From NCBI GenBank assembly GCA_050951325.1, contig JBMNIW010000011.1:32001-96000 (forward strand): a DNA stretch of 64,000 bases. Direction: 5' to 3'. The stretch's first letter is position 1. Each line of letters starts with the position of its first letter. The translations under genes and the position numbers were made by a program. The notes beneath the pieces were generated by a model that saw only the letters and a list, made by a program, of their open reading frames with translations, did not search any database and was not told the origin of the DNA. This DNA comes from Clostridia bacterium. Its GTDB lineage: Bacteria; Bacillota; Clostridia; UBA1212; DUPL01. Shown here piece by piece: positions 50,236 through 59,915 of the stretch.

Positions 50236-51306
50236 CTACAATTGCAAATTCAATCCACCCATGTCATTCAGCATGGCATTTCTGTGCATCTTCCTGTATT
50301 TGTACGGGGTGGTGCCAATTTTTTGCTTGAACACCCTGTTGAAGTATGCAACATTGTCATAACCCACCTTTCCAGGTATGTCGCTAATCCTCATATTCGT
50401 TGTTGCAAGCAGATGACATGCTTCCTTCAACCTGGTAGTCTGCAAGATATTTACAAACGACATCCCGGTAAGTCTCTTTATATATTTACTGAAATACGGC
50501 TCAGAATAATTAAAATGCCTTGCCACATCCGACAAAGTGACACATGCATGATTCCTCTGTATATACTCAAGAATACTGTGTATTACTTCATTCTTCTCAG
50601 AAACCTCATCGTCGTAATCTTCCAGGTTTGCAAGGTAATTGAATATCGCTATAACCAAAGCTTTCTTGACGGGAAAACTGTTTCTTCCCTTGAAGGATTC
50701 TGAAATCAAAACAGCAAGAAGATTCCTAAGCGGAGCATTATGAAGCGCATGAAACATAAGAAACTTCTTTTCTCCCAGAGGATGCATGTACAGATTCTGT
50801 TTAATAAATTTGATGAGCATGCTTCCTTTGGTTATCTCATTTAAAAAGTTTTCGTCAAACAGTGACTTTTTCATTATTATGTTGATAACAACGCTGTCAT
50901 CGCCCACCCAGAGCTTGTGAAATACATTTGGAGGAATCAGGCATATGTCCCCATCCGACATCTTGTAAAGCTTGTTCTCGATTGTGTTGTCGGCCTTTCC
51001 TTTCAAAACGTAGATCATCTCAAAAAAAGTATGGTCATGAGCTAAATCAGGACTGTATCTTGTATGCTTCCTGATAGTTATGTCATGCTTGTACCTATCA
51101 GCGAACAAGGTTCTTACCTTCAGCTCCCCCAGATCCTCCTCGAAAACTTCCGCAAGAAGATACTGTCTCAAGTCGCCTGTCATTTTCAGCACTTTTTGAA
51201 GTTTTTCCTTATCGTGCCTGACTTCGTGATATGCCTTGTAAAATTTTTCAATTTCATCATATTCAATAAGATACTCGAAAGTGTCCGGCGGAGATGTATG
51301 AATCAT
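50236..51306 (-). CDS. AraC family transcriptional regulator (cupin + HTH)
   Basis: HDHTFFEMIYVLKG cupin; YFSKYIKRLTG...VGYDNVAYFNRVFKQKIGTTPYKYR. Confidence 0.92.
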   Translation of the reverse strand: MIHTSPPDTFEYLIEYDEIEKFYKAYHEVRHDKEKLQKVLKMTGDLRQYLLAEVFEEDLGELKVRTLFADRYKHDITIRKHTRYSPDLAHDHTFFEMIYVLKGKADNTIENKLYKMSDGDICLIPPNVFHKLWVGDDSVVINIIMKKSLFDENFLNEITKGSMLIKFIKQNLYMHPLGEKKFLMFHALHNAPLRNLLAVLISESFKGRNSFPVKKALVIAIFNYLANLEDYDDEVSEKNEVIHSILEYIQRNHACVTLSDVARHFNYSEPYFSKYIKRLTGMSFVNILQTTRLKEACHLLATTNMRISDIPGKVGYDNVAYFNRVFKQKIGTTPYKYRKMHRNAMLNDMGGLNLQL

Positions 51307-51384
51307 TCCAAAATCCTCTCTGTATTTTTATATATTATATCCTCCATGAAGAATATATTCAACCGGACAAAAACAGGATGACTT

Positions 51385-52455
51385 TCACCACCCTGGAATC
51401 TCTTTTGTCTGCACCAATCCTTTGAATCCACCTTCCCTTTTAACATCCGCTTCAGCCGTTGAACGTTTCAGCTCAATTATGAACAGCCCCTTGTCCACCG
51501 TGTTCTTATATATCTTCTCCATGTCGTTGTAATGGGGTTGGGAAAGATTTATTCCGTAAAGCTTAGGTATGGTACTCATGTATTCTATGTAATGATCGCC
51601 TTTTCCACAGAAGTGTACAATTCCTCCGTCATAATAGTCAAGGATTTTTGCATCATAAGGCATTGCAAACTCCTTGTAAAACTCCCCGGATATATTCATT
51701 GCACTGTCATTTCTAAGAAGAACCTTTCCCTTGAACATACAGGTCCAGTGAGCGTTGATGTTATCTTCGTAATGGTACATTTCAAACCACTTGTCCATAA
51801 ACCTTATATACGTGTCCGTTATTAGTGACAGCATATCATGAACCAACTCTTCATCATCATACATTGCATAAAACATCCCGCCTCCCCATAGAAGCTCGCA
51901 TATATCAAGAGGTCCTTGCAAGTCAGGATGATAGACATGCACGTACTTGGATATCTTGGGATAGTCCTTCATAACTTCCTTGTATACTTCTCCCATCTCA
52001 AACACTTTATGTCCGAACCCGCTTTTTAAATCAGGCACTCCTTTTTCAACTATCTCCCTGATTTTCATAGTATCATTGATTGCACGCGTAGTCGGAAGTG
52101 TTTTCATTTCATATGGCATGACAAATACTTCTGCTCCAAACAGCGATGACAAAATACCGGTTCCGTAGTTTGCACGAACACAAAGCACATTGTATGGAGT
52201 TCCAAGATTCAATGAGACATTGTTAAACTCATACTGAAGCATTAGATCATGGTCGTTTATCGCATCATTAATATTCACTCCCAGAATATCCATCTTCGGT
52301 TTTGAGACCTTTTTTCTTCTCGGGTAGAAAATCTCATCCTTGCATTGACCGTTATAGAATTTACGCCACTGGTTTAAAAAATCTTCCTCAACCTCCACAT
52401 CGATTCTCTCCTCGATGTCATTCAAAAGCCTTCTTGTGTAATCGCTTATCTTCAT
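51385..52455 (-). CDS. Uroporphyrinogen decarboxylase / MtaA-CmuA-like TIM-barrel protein
   Basis: DLQGPLDICELLWG, DEELVHDML, DSAMNISGEFYKEFAMPY, HFCG. Confidence 0.72.
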   Translation of the reverse strand: MKISDYTRRLLNDIEERIDVEVEEDFLNQWRKFYNGQCKDEIFYPRRKKVSKPKMDILGVNINDAINDHDLMLQYEFNNVSLNLGTPYNVLCVRANYGTGILSSLFGAEVFVMPYEMKTLPTTRAINDTMKIREIVEKGVPDLKSGFGHKVFEMGEVYKEVMKDYPKISKYVHVYHPDLQGPLDICELLWGGGMFYAMYDDEELVHDMLSLITDTYIRFMDKWFEMYHYEDNINAHWTCMFKGKVLLRNDSAMNISGEFYKEFAMPYDAKILDYYDGGIVHFCGKGDHYIEYMSTIPKLYGINLSQPHYNDMEKIYKNTVDKGLFIIELKRSTAEADVKREGGFKGLVQTKEIPGW

Positions 52456-52613
52456 TCTTTCACCTCAAATAACTACTTGCGTTAAATTCTAGTACACATT
52501 TTAAACAATATCAACACACACCACAAAAAAAGTATGTATTTTGGATAATTTGCTTACTATATTTCACTCTCTCAATGAAGTATAATATCAAAAAAAGTAT
52601 AAGGGAGAGCGTG

Positions 52614-54302
52614 ATGACAAGAAAAACAGTGAACAACATCGTAGCCATCGATGACTTTGGGCGAACCATCGGCCCAATAAACGGAGTCAAAAAGGACAAA
52701 TACGTCGGACTCTTTTACTTTGCATGGCACGGGCAGTTCGGCACTCAAAGAAAAGTTTATGATGTGACTAAAATCATGAGGGACCACCCCGACCAGCTTT
52801 TCACCACCGACGAAAACAGCCCCATTGCCCCATTGTACAACAACTACTACTTTAACGAACCACTGTACGGATACTACAACGCAGCAGATCCGTACGTTAT
52901 TAGAAAACATATTGAGCTGTTCATAGCTTCTGACGTAGACTTCATAGCCTACGACTTTACAAACTCAAAAATTTTCTGGCAGCCGCTTTATACAATGCTT
53001 GAGCTTCTTGATGAATATTATCAAAAGGGTTGGAGTGTTCCAAAAGTAACATTTTTTACAAAGCGAAAATGCGATATTCTCATATCCGATTTGTATAAAA
53101 ACATCTATATAAAAAACCTCTACCCGCATTTGTGGTTTACCGGCAGCGGCACCAAGCCATACATAATTGCAGTAAAGGAGGATGTACCTGAAGATATCAG
53201 GGATTTTTTCAACATAAGATACCCGCAGTGGCCGGAGGAAGAGTTCAGACCCGATGGTTTTCCGTATGTTGAGAAAGTAAGACCGCAAAGACTCTATACA
53301 AATCTTGTAAACGTGTCCGTTGCCCAGCATACAGGCGGGGCTTTCAGCTGGTCGTTGGAAGGTCCGCATGGAATCAAAAGAATTAGCTGGGGGCGCGGAT
53401 ATACTGTAAAAAGGCCTGAAAACGGTAACATAGAGGCAATTGCTCGCGGAGACAACTTCCAGGAACAATGGGACCATGCTATTTCCATTGACCCTGAAAT
53501 AGTGTTTGTTACCGGATGGAATGAATGGATAGCAGGCAAATGGTACAAACCACATTTGCAATCTTACGGAAATATCCCCTACTGGGTGGATTCATTCAAC
53601 ACCGAGTTTTCCAGGGACATTGAGATGACAAGGGCAAGAGGTTATGTGAAAAACGAACAAGGCAAGTTTGTAGAGGAAGGATATGGCGACAACTTTTACC
53701 TACAGCTGATACAGAATGTAAGGAAGTATAAAGGCATACATGAAGGAATCATTCATGCATCCTCTAATGTTGAAAACGTATATTTGAACGTATCAACAAA
53801 AAAGATAGAAAGGAATTTTTCTGATTTCACATGTGTAAACCACTACAAATTGGCAAAGCCTGTGAACCATATAACAGAAATTAGGGTTACGGATGACAAG
53901 GAGAACATATACTTCTACATAAAGACGGAAAAAGATACGGTTTTGATAAAGCACGAAAAGTCAAATTTGATGAATTTGTATTTCGGTTTTGACATGAAGG
54001 AAAAAGACTCATTCCACAGCTACAAATATGTGGCAAACCGATATGTGGGGGATAAAACCACTTCCATAGAAAAGTATGAAAATGGATTTGTAAAATATTC
54101 CGAGGCCGAATACAGACTGGACAAAAACATTATGCAGATAAAACTACCAAAGAACCTGTTTGATGTTGAAGCCGATTTCGACATGCATTTCAAGGTGGCG
54201 GACAGTGTAGAAAAGGAAGACGATATTCTCGACTACTACGTCTCGGGAGATTCGGTACCATTGGGCAGATTGTCCTATTTGTACTCAAGAAAAAAACAGT
54301 AA
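52614..54302 (+). CDS. GH99/GH71-like glycoside hydrolase, no signal peptide (paralogue 2)
   Basis: YFAWHG, FNEPLYGYY, DFIAYDFTN, NFQEQWD, TGWNEWIAG, SRDIEM, GDNFYLQL. Confidence 0.7.
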   Translation: MTRKTVNNIVAIDDFGRTIGPINGVKKDKYVGLFYFAWHGQFGTQRKVYDVTKIMRDHPDQLFTTDENSPIAPLYNNYYFNEPLYGYYNAADPYVIRKHIELFIASDVDFIAYDFTNSKIFWQPLYTMLELLDEYYQKGWSVPKVTFFTKRKCDILISDLYKNIYIKNLYPHLWFTGSGTKPYIIAVKEDVPEDIRDFFNIRYPQWPEEEFRPDGFPYVEKVRPQRLYTNLVNVSVAQHTGGAFSWSLEGPHGIKRISWGRGYTVKRPENGNIEAIARGDNFQEQWDHAISIDPEIVFVTGWNEWIAGKWYKPHLQSYGNIPYWVDSFNTEFSRDIEMTRARGYVKNEQGKFVEEGYGDNFYLQLIQNVRKYKGIHEGIIHASSNVENVYLNVSTKKIERNFSDFTCVNHYKLAKPVNHITEIRVTDDKENIYFYIKTEKDTVLIKHEKSNLMNLYFGFDMKEKDSFHSYKYVANRYVGDKTTSIEKYENGFVKYSEAEYRLDKNIMQIKLPKNLFDVEADFDMHFKVADSVEKEDDILDYYVSGDSVPLGRLSYLYSRKKQ

Positions 54303-54318
54303 CGGAAAGAGGTATGGT

Positions 54319-56274
54319 ATGATGAAACATTTTCTCTCATTAATATTAACAATTCTCTTAGTATTAACTGTGTTGTTTGCACAGGTTTCCAGTGTAGGAA
54401 ACTCGAACAATGCAAACAAATTATCGGTAACATACATTACAGGAACCGATGCTTTGGGAAGAAAAATCAAACCAGTAGCTGATTTCAGAGAGGACAGGTT
54501 TGTCGGAATCTTCTACTTTGCCTGGCATAACTCAGACCAGCATAAAGTGTTTGACGTAACGAAAATTCTTAGGGAAAACCCGGATGATTTGTGGAGCATG
54601 GATCCTAGAAACACCGTAGCTCCCAGAGCAAACTACTATTTCAATGAGCCCTTGTACGGCTACTACAGCTCATCCGACCCTTACGTAATCAGAAAGCATA
54701 TTGAGCTTTTCATAGCAGCTGGCATTGATTTTATCGCCTATGACTTTACAAACTTCAAAATTTACTGGGATCCGTTGTACAGAATGCTGGATCTGCTAAT
54801 TGAATACGACAATGCCGGCTGGAAGGTTCCACAGGTTATGTTCTTTACAAAGAAAGACTGCGCAAATCAGATCCCACAGTTGTATGAAAAACTGTATATG
54901 GAAGAGAAATACTCCCATCTTTGGTTTAGAGGCAGTGGCAGCAAACCCTATCTGATAGGAGAACCAAAAGACATACCTGAGGAATATCACGACTACTTCA
55001 ATCTAAGGTACTCCTTCTGGCCTTCCGATCCATACAGAGAGGACGGCTGGCCTTATGTGGACAAGGTACGACCGCAAAGGGTGTTTACAAACCTTGTCAG
55101 CGTATCTGTAGCCCAGCATACAGGAGGTGCCTTCAGCTGGTCAATAAAAGGACCGAACAACCAGCAAAGACCGAGTTGGGGAAGAGGATATACGCTTGGC
55201 AACCCTACCAATGGAGATCCGGAAGCAATTGTTCGGGGAGACAACTTCCAGGAGCAGTGGGATACAGCTATAGAGTTGGATCCGGAAATCATTTTCGTTA
55301 CTGGTTGGAACGAATGGATTGCAGGCAAGTTCATCGACGAGGATCCGAAATACGGCGGCGTCCCCTACTGGGTGGATACCTTCAATACCGAATTCTCAAG
55401 AGATGCGGAGATGACCAAATCAAGAGGGTATGTGGTGGATGAGAAAGGCAACTTCCTTGAAGAGGGTTACGGCGACAACTTCTACATGCAGATGGTTGAA
55501 AATATTAGAAGGTACAAAGGCTTACCCATTACCGAATCAAATTATGTGGAACCTTTGTCAAAAACAATAGACATCTTTGGCGATGTTTCTCAATGGAATG
55601 ATGTCAATAGAGTCTACTTAAGCCACGCTACTGAGAAGGTTGAAAGGGATTTTAGAGGATATGTAGCAAGGATGAAGTACACTCAGGCAAAACCTGAAAA
55701 CGTTGTAAAGGAAATACGCGTAACTCACGATAATGATAATTTGTACTTCTATATAAAGACTGAAAACGACATTACTGATTACGAGGGCGGAAAAACCAAC
55801 TGGATGAATCTTTTTATTGGTATTGATGGCAGGAAGGGCAATTCCTGGGAGCACTACCACTACGTTGTAAACAGGCACCCTCAAGAGAAGAGCACTTCCT
55901 TGGAAAAGTTCACAAACGGTTACGAAGGCGAGGTTGTTTCCGAAGTTAAATACAGTGTTAAAGGTAATGTTATGCAGCTGGAGATACCAAGGAAAAACCT
56001 GGGCCTTGATGACGACTTCTCCATCTATTTCAAGGTTGCAGATTCCATCGAGAAAGAAGACGACATTATGGACTATTACGTTTCCGGAGAATCCGTGCCT
56101 TTAGGAAGACTCTCTTTCAGTTATTTCGGCAGTCTGGAAGCTGTGAAAAATTTGGATGAGGAACCCGCAAGTTCTCCCCAAATACTTAAGTGGATTATTC
56201 TTATTGCTTGCACGATTATTATTTGCGCTTGTATTTTAATCCTTGGATTGGGAACAAAGAAACAAAAATTGTAA
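54319..56274 (+). CDS. GH99/GH71-like glycoside hydrolase, secreted with C-terminal TM anchor (paralogue 3)
   Basis: Signal peptide; same motifs as 52614-54302 with long identical stretches; C-terminal hydrophobic helix plus KKQK. Confidence 0.7.
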   Translation: MMKHFLSLILTILLVLTVLFAQVSSVGNSNNANKLSVTYITGTDALGRKIKPVADFREDRFVGIFYFAWHNSDQHKVFDVTKILRENPDDLWSMDPRNTVAPRANYYFNEPLYGYYSSSDPYVIRKHIELFIAAGIDFIAYDFTNFKIYWDPLYRMLDLLIEYDNAGWKVPQVMFFTKKDCANQIPQLYEKLYMEEKYSHLWFRGSGSKPYLIGEPKDIPEEYHDYFNLRYSFWPSDPYREDGWPYVDKVRPQRVFTNLVSVSVAQHTGGAFSWSIKGPNNQQRPSWGRGYTLGNPTNGDPEAIVRGDNFQEQWDTAIELDPEIIFVTGWNEWIAGKFIDEDPKYGGVPYWVDTFNTEFSRDAEMTKSRGYVVDEKGNFLEEGYGDNFYMQMVENIRRYKGLPITESNYVEPLSKTIDIFGDVSQWNDVNRVYLSHATEKVERDFRGYVARMKYTQAKPENVVKEIRVTHDNDNLYFYIKTENDITDYEGGKTNWMNLFIGIDGRKGNSWEHYHYVVNRHPQEKSTSLEKFTNGYEGEVVSEVKYSVKGNVMQLEIPRKNLGLDDDFSIYFKVADSIEKEDDIMDYYVSGESVPLGRLSFSYFGSLEAVKNLDEEPASSPQILKWIILIACTIIICACILILGLGTKKQKL

Positions 56275-56286
56275 GGAGATGATGGT

Positions 56287-57135
56287 ATGAAAAAGATTTT
56301 TCTTGTTTTACTAGCTACATTAATATTTGCCATGTCTTTTTCTGTACATGGTGAAGAAGAAAGAGTAAATCTCATAAACGAGCATACGGAGACCCTTGAA
56401 ATGATTGATGCAGAGTTTGACGACGGGGTATTTAGAATAACGAACCCCAACAAACCAGTTCTGGCACTTTTTGGAATCCCAGGTCTGACAAACAACTATA
56501 CTTGGTCAGGAGACGTCAAAATCATTGAGTATGGTGATGATAGAACTCCAAATGGAGTGAGACTCTGCGTAGGATACGATGTTGATACAGGAGCGTATCT
56601 TAACCTTATCATCACCCGAAGCATAGGCATTGCAGCTGAAGTTCGCGGAGGAGGAACTTATATTCCCGATGTATATAAGCTTACAAAGGAACATTTTGAC
56701 AGGATACTTGACCCAGGCGCCGAGTTCCACTTTGAAGTTATTAAAAATGGTACTCATGTTATCCTGAAGATTGACGGAGATGTGGTAATGGATTATGTCT
56801 TCCCAGAAGAGTATGACTACTTCACAGAAGACGATGACTACCAGATTGGATTTCATGCGGAAAAGTGTGCCATTGAGGTTAGAAACCTGGCAGTTTACTG
56901 CGAGGATGTGGAGATTACACCAGAACCTACGGAAACTCCAGTTCCTGAGGAAACTGAAACTCCAACCCCAACCGAAGCACCAAAAACGACACCAACTCCA
57001 AAGAAAGGAAAACCAGCTACGGAATCAGATAAAGGAAATGAAGTTGATCCATTTATAATTGCAGTGATTGTCGCAACACTTGTTATAATTTCCGTTACTG
57101 TGGCCGTGGTGGTTATTAGAAGGAAAAAGAACTAA
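56287..57135 (+). CDS. Secreted beta-sandwich (ConA/DUF1080-like) protein with Pro/Thr linker and TM anchor
   Basis: Signal peptide; YTWSGDVKI, FHFEVIKNG, IGF..EVRNLAVY; TPEPTETP linker; TM helix plus RRKKN. Confidence 0.6.
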   Translation: MKKIFLVLLATLIFAMSFSVHGEEERVNLINEHTETLEMIDAEFDDGVFRITNPNKPVLALFGIPGLTNNYTWSGDVKIIEYGDDRTPNGVRLCVGYDVDTGAYLNLIITRSIGIAAEVRGGGTYIPDVYKLTKEHFDRILDPGAEFHFEVIKNGTHVILKIDGDVVMDYVFPEEYDYFTEDDDYQIGFHAEKCAIEVRNLAVYCEDVEITPEPTETPVPEETETPTPTEAPKTTPTPKKGKPATESDKGNEVDPFIIAVIVATLVIISVTVAVVVIRRKKN

Positions 57136-57256
57136 ATGAGCACTAGATGTTAAAAATAGTATAACTTTTGGTTAATTTATATACTACTTTTTACAACCTG
57201 ATTTATCTATAATATTTATAGAGACAAGTTGTAGATTAATAAATGGGAGGATTAAA

Positions 57257-58825
57257 ATGAGAAACTCTTTAATTAAAATCTTGGTAATCAGTTTAATTCT
57301 GTGCCTTGTTATTCCCACACTGCCAACAGGCGCACAAGAAAAAAAGAATCTGGTAACTGACAGCACTACTCTCATAGGTAGTGAAAATGGAACCTTTGAG
57401 GATGGCGTGTTCAAGCACACCAACCCAAGCGGCGAGCACATGACATTTCTCAATATCCCAAATCTGATTAACCAGTATTCTTGGTCAGGAGATGTTAAAA
57501 TCCTAGAATACGGCACCGACTCCCCAGCAAACGGAGTAAGGTTCTGTATCGGACATGACAAAGACAAGAATGCCTATCTCAACCTGATACTTACCCGCAG
57601 CGTAGGTATTTCTGCAGAGAAAAGAGGCGCAGTTTATGAGAGCGACGTTTATCCTCTTTCCAAGGAAAGCTTCGACAGAGCGCTTGAACCGGGTGACGAA
57701 TTCCATTTTGAAATCAGGAAACAGGGTAATTATGTAATGATGCTTGTTGACGGAGAAGTTGTTATGGATACAGCATTCCCAAGCAGATACGACTTCTTTA
57801 CCCCTGGCAACGAGGCAAACATAGGATTCTACAGCGCAAACTGCTCTTTTGAAGTTAGAAACATTGAAGTATATAACGAACCTGATCTTCTGTTCAGCAA
57901 TCAGTACACTTTGACATTCAATGATCTGGCACTGGGCGAACTGGCAAGAGGCAGATATGACAACTGGTTTATTGAATGGCCTTCAAGCAATATTTCCTCG
58001 GTTGGAGAAAGCGGCGACCTGAAATATCTTGAGGTTAAAGGATACTTCCAGACAGTATTTGCTTATCCTGTGGCGGAAAAGTACACAGTGGACATGAAAA
58101 TGCTTGCTACAAACCTTTCATCAAATGCTGGTTTGTTTATAAGGTCAAGCCATGACAGATTCCTTGCAAACAGCAAGAGTGCACCTAATGCCGAATACTT
58201 TGAAGCTGATGGTGCAGGCTCAATTGGCGGAACTGGTCTTTTCCTGAAACCATTGCATGATAAAAATGTTATGCAAATCGTTATAAAACAATACGACGAA
58301 TCTGCCGCCAAGAAAATAGCGGCCCCGGCTGTAACAATAGATATCTCCAGCATCATGGGAGAAAACGACCAGACAACCGCAATTACAAATATTCGTTTTG
58401 CTGACGAAGGTTCAGTTATAAAGGCTTATGTAAACGACACCCTGATTGCTACTATTGAGCTTTCAAGCGAAACAATTACATATCCTGATTTCGACCAGAT
58501 AGCAAATTTTGGCAAGAGCACCGAAACATATGTAAAGACAGCCACAGTCAAGGACGCCAACGGTGAAGTATTGCTTACCATAAACAATACCCTTGTTTGT
58601 GCTGAATACAGCATTATGGGATTTGCTACAAGAAATCAAAGCCAGGATCATCCTCTTTTCATAGATGACTTGAATGTGGAAATCGACATGGTAAAATTGG
58701 ATGTTCCACAGGAACCTGAAACAGAAGAACCAATTCCTGAAACAGGGGATGTGTTTGCTCTTTTCCCAATGATTACATTACTTGGACTTGCTGCGGTTCC
58801 TGCAAAGATTAGAAAGAAGAAATAA
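57257..58825 (+). CDS. Cell-wall-anchored protein with two beta-sandwich domains and a sortase signal
   Basis: Signal peptide; N-terminal domain paralogous to 56287-57135; IPETGD plus hydrophobic helix plus KIRKKK. Confidence 0.65.
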   Translation: MRNSLIKILVISLILCLVIPTLPTGAQEKKNLVTDSTTLIGSENGTFEDGVFKHTNPSGEHMTFLNIPNLINQYSWSGDVKILEYGTDSPANGVRFCIGHDKDKNAYLNLILTRSVGISAEKRGAVYESDVYPLSKESFDRALEPGDEFHFEIRKQGNYVMMLVDGEVVMDTAFPSRYDFFTPGNEANIGFYSANCSFEVRNIEVYNEPDLLFSNQYTLTFNDLALGELARGRYDNWFIEWPSSNISSVGESGDLKYLEVKGYFQTVFAYPVAEKYTVDMKMLATNLSSNAGLFIRSSHDRFLANSKSAPNAEYFEADGAGSIGGTGLFLKPLHDKNVMQIVIKQYDESAAKKIAAPAVTIDISSIMGENDQTTAITNIRFADEGSVIKAYVNDTLIATIELSSETITYPDFDQIANFGKSTETYVKTATVKDANGEVLLTINNTLVCAEYSIMGFATRNQSQDHPLFIDDLNVEIDMVKLDVPQEPETEEPIPETGDVFALFPMITLLGLAAVPAKIRKKK

Positions 58826-58844
58826 TTGCTGACTAACTAGAATA

Positions 58845-58869
58845 AGGCCCCGACATTTTGTCAGGGCCT
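58845..58869. terminator. Hairpin between convergent genes
   Basis: AGGCCCCGACA-TTT-TGTCAGGGCCT. Confidence 0.65.
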
Positions 58870-58881
58870 GATTTTTATACT

Positions 58882-59772
58882 CTATTTCAAAAAGGACTCT
58901 TGAAAAACTGGCTGAAAGTATAGCATTGCGCCGTTCTCGCCTATTGCCTCCACCCTTACATACTTCTCACCAGTCAAGTTATACACTCCTTCTTTTCCAA
59001 ACTGCACATCCAGAACTTTTCCATTCTCGCTTATGAATCGGTAAGTAAACTCATCCACATAAGTTGCAATGGGATATCTTGCCTTTACTCTTATGATGTT
59101 GTCCTCCAGATGGAGATACTCGGGATACAAACCACTGGATGCACAAAAGCTTCCCTTGTCTATGGATTCTTTTAATGCCCTAAAACTTGGTTCCTTTGCA
59201 AAAATTACGTTAAAGCTTCTTCCTGCATCAGGGATTGCATGAAAGTCATCATTTCCAAAACCATATACCAGTCTGCCATTTGAGAGTAAATAATCCCAGG
59301 CATCTGCTGCAAGGCCTGAACCTGACAAGCGATAAATGAGCATGTTTAAAACCTCAATGCCCTTGTAGCCTTGCAGGCTCATCATTTTATCATGACTCCA
59401 GTACCCTTTTCTTCCCCAGTTTGGGTGACACAGTACCGTAAATCCTCCTATTTCGTTTGTAATATCTATTGCGGTTTGATGAACACTTTCATGCAGGGAT
59501 CTATCAACACCAATTGTGAGCATGTGCTCGGATCTTGAATATTCAACACCAGGAATCATTAAAATCCTGTCATCCGTATACTCGCTTGTATCTGTAAATA
59601 AATCATGGTTTGAAATACATAAGACATCATATTTCAAATGCTTGTATGTATTTACAACCACATCGATGGGATTGGCTCCGCATGTGCCAGGACCTGTACC
59701 TGCATGGGTGTGGAAATTGGCTTTCATCCATTTGCCGTCCGTCAAATTCTCGTATGGATTTACATATTCCAT
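58882..59772 (-). CDS. PHP-fold CehA/McbA family metallohydrolase
   Basis: WMKANFHTH, ISNHD, PGVEYS, LCHPNW, GIEV, WDYLLSNG, GNDDFH. Confidence 0.82.
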   Translation of the reverse strand: MEYVNPYENLTDGKWMKANFHTHAGTGPGTCGANPIDVVVNTYKHLKYDVLCISNHDLFTDTSEYTDDRILMIPGVEYSRSEHMLTIGVDRSLHESVHQTAIDITNEIGGFTVLCHPNWGRKGYWSHDKMMSLQGYKGIEVLNMLIYRLSGSGLAADAWDYLLSNGRLVYGFGNDDFHAIPDAGRSFNVIFAKEPSFRALKESIDKGSFCASSGLYPEYLHLEDNIIRVKARYPIATYVDEFTYRFISENGKVLDVQFGKEGVYNLTGEKYVRVEAIGENGAMLYFQPVFQESFLK

Positions 59773-59915
59773 ATCTACCAGTCCTTTCAATTCACAACTT
59801 AACAACACCGATATAATATACACATCATATCGATTTGTCCATGAGATTTTAAAAAGTAAATAAAAAAACCAGTAATAATGTTGAAAATACATATTTTCAT
59901 TTTGTTTCTTTATAA

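Noticed and set aside
52524-52600. 12-bp direct repeat CAAAAAAAGTAT in the divergent promoter, as a possible AraC site
   Set aside because: Low complexity, and the same 12-mer occurs inside the AraC CDS at 51021
56915-57000. Repetitive DNA in Pro/Thr-rich coding segments (also about 38720-38810)
   Set aside because: Explained by protein linker composition; not CRISPR or a VNTR
57150-57195. Imperfect inverted repeat upstream of the wall-anchored gene
   Set aside because: AT-rich and imperfect; cannot distinguish operator, terminator or chance
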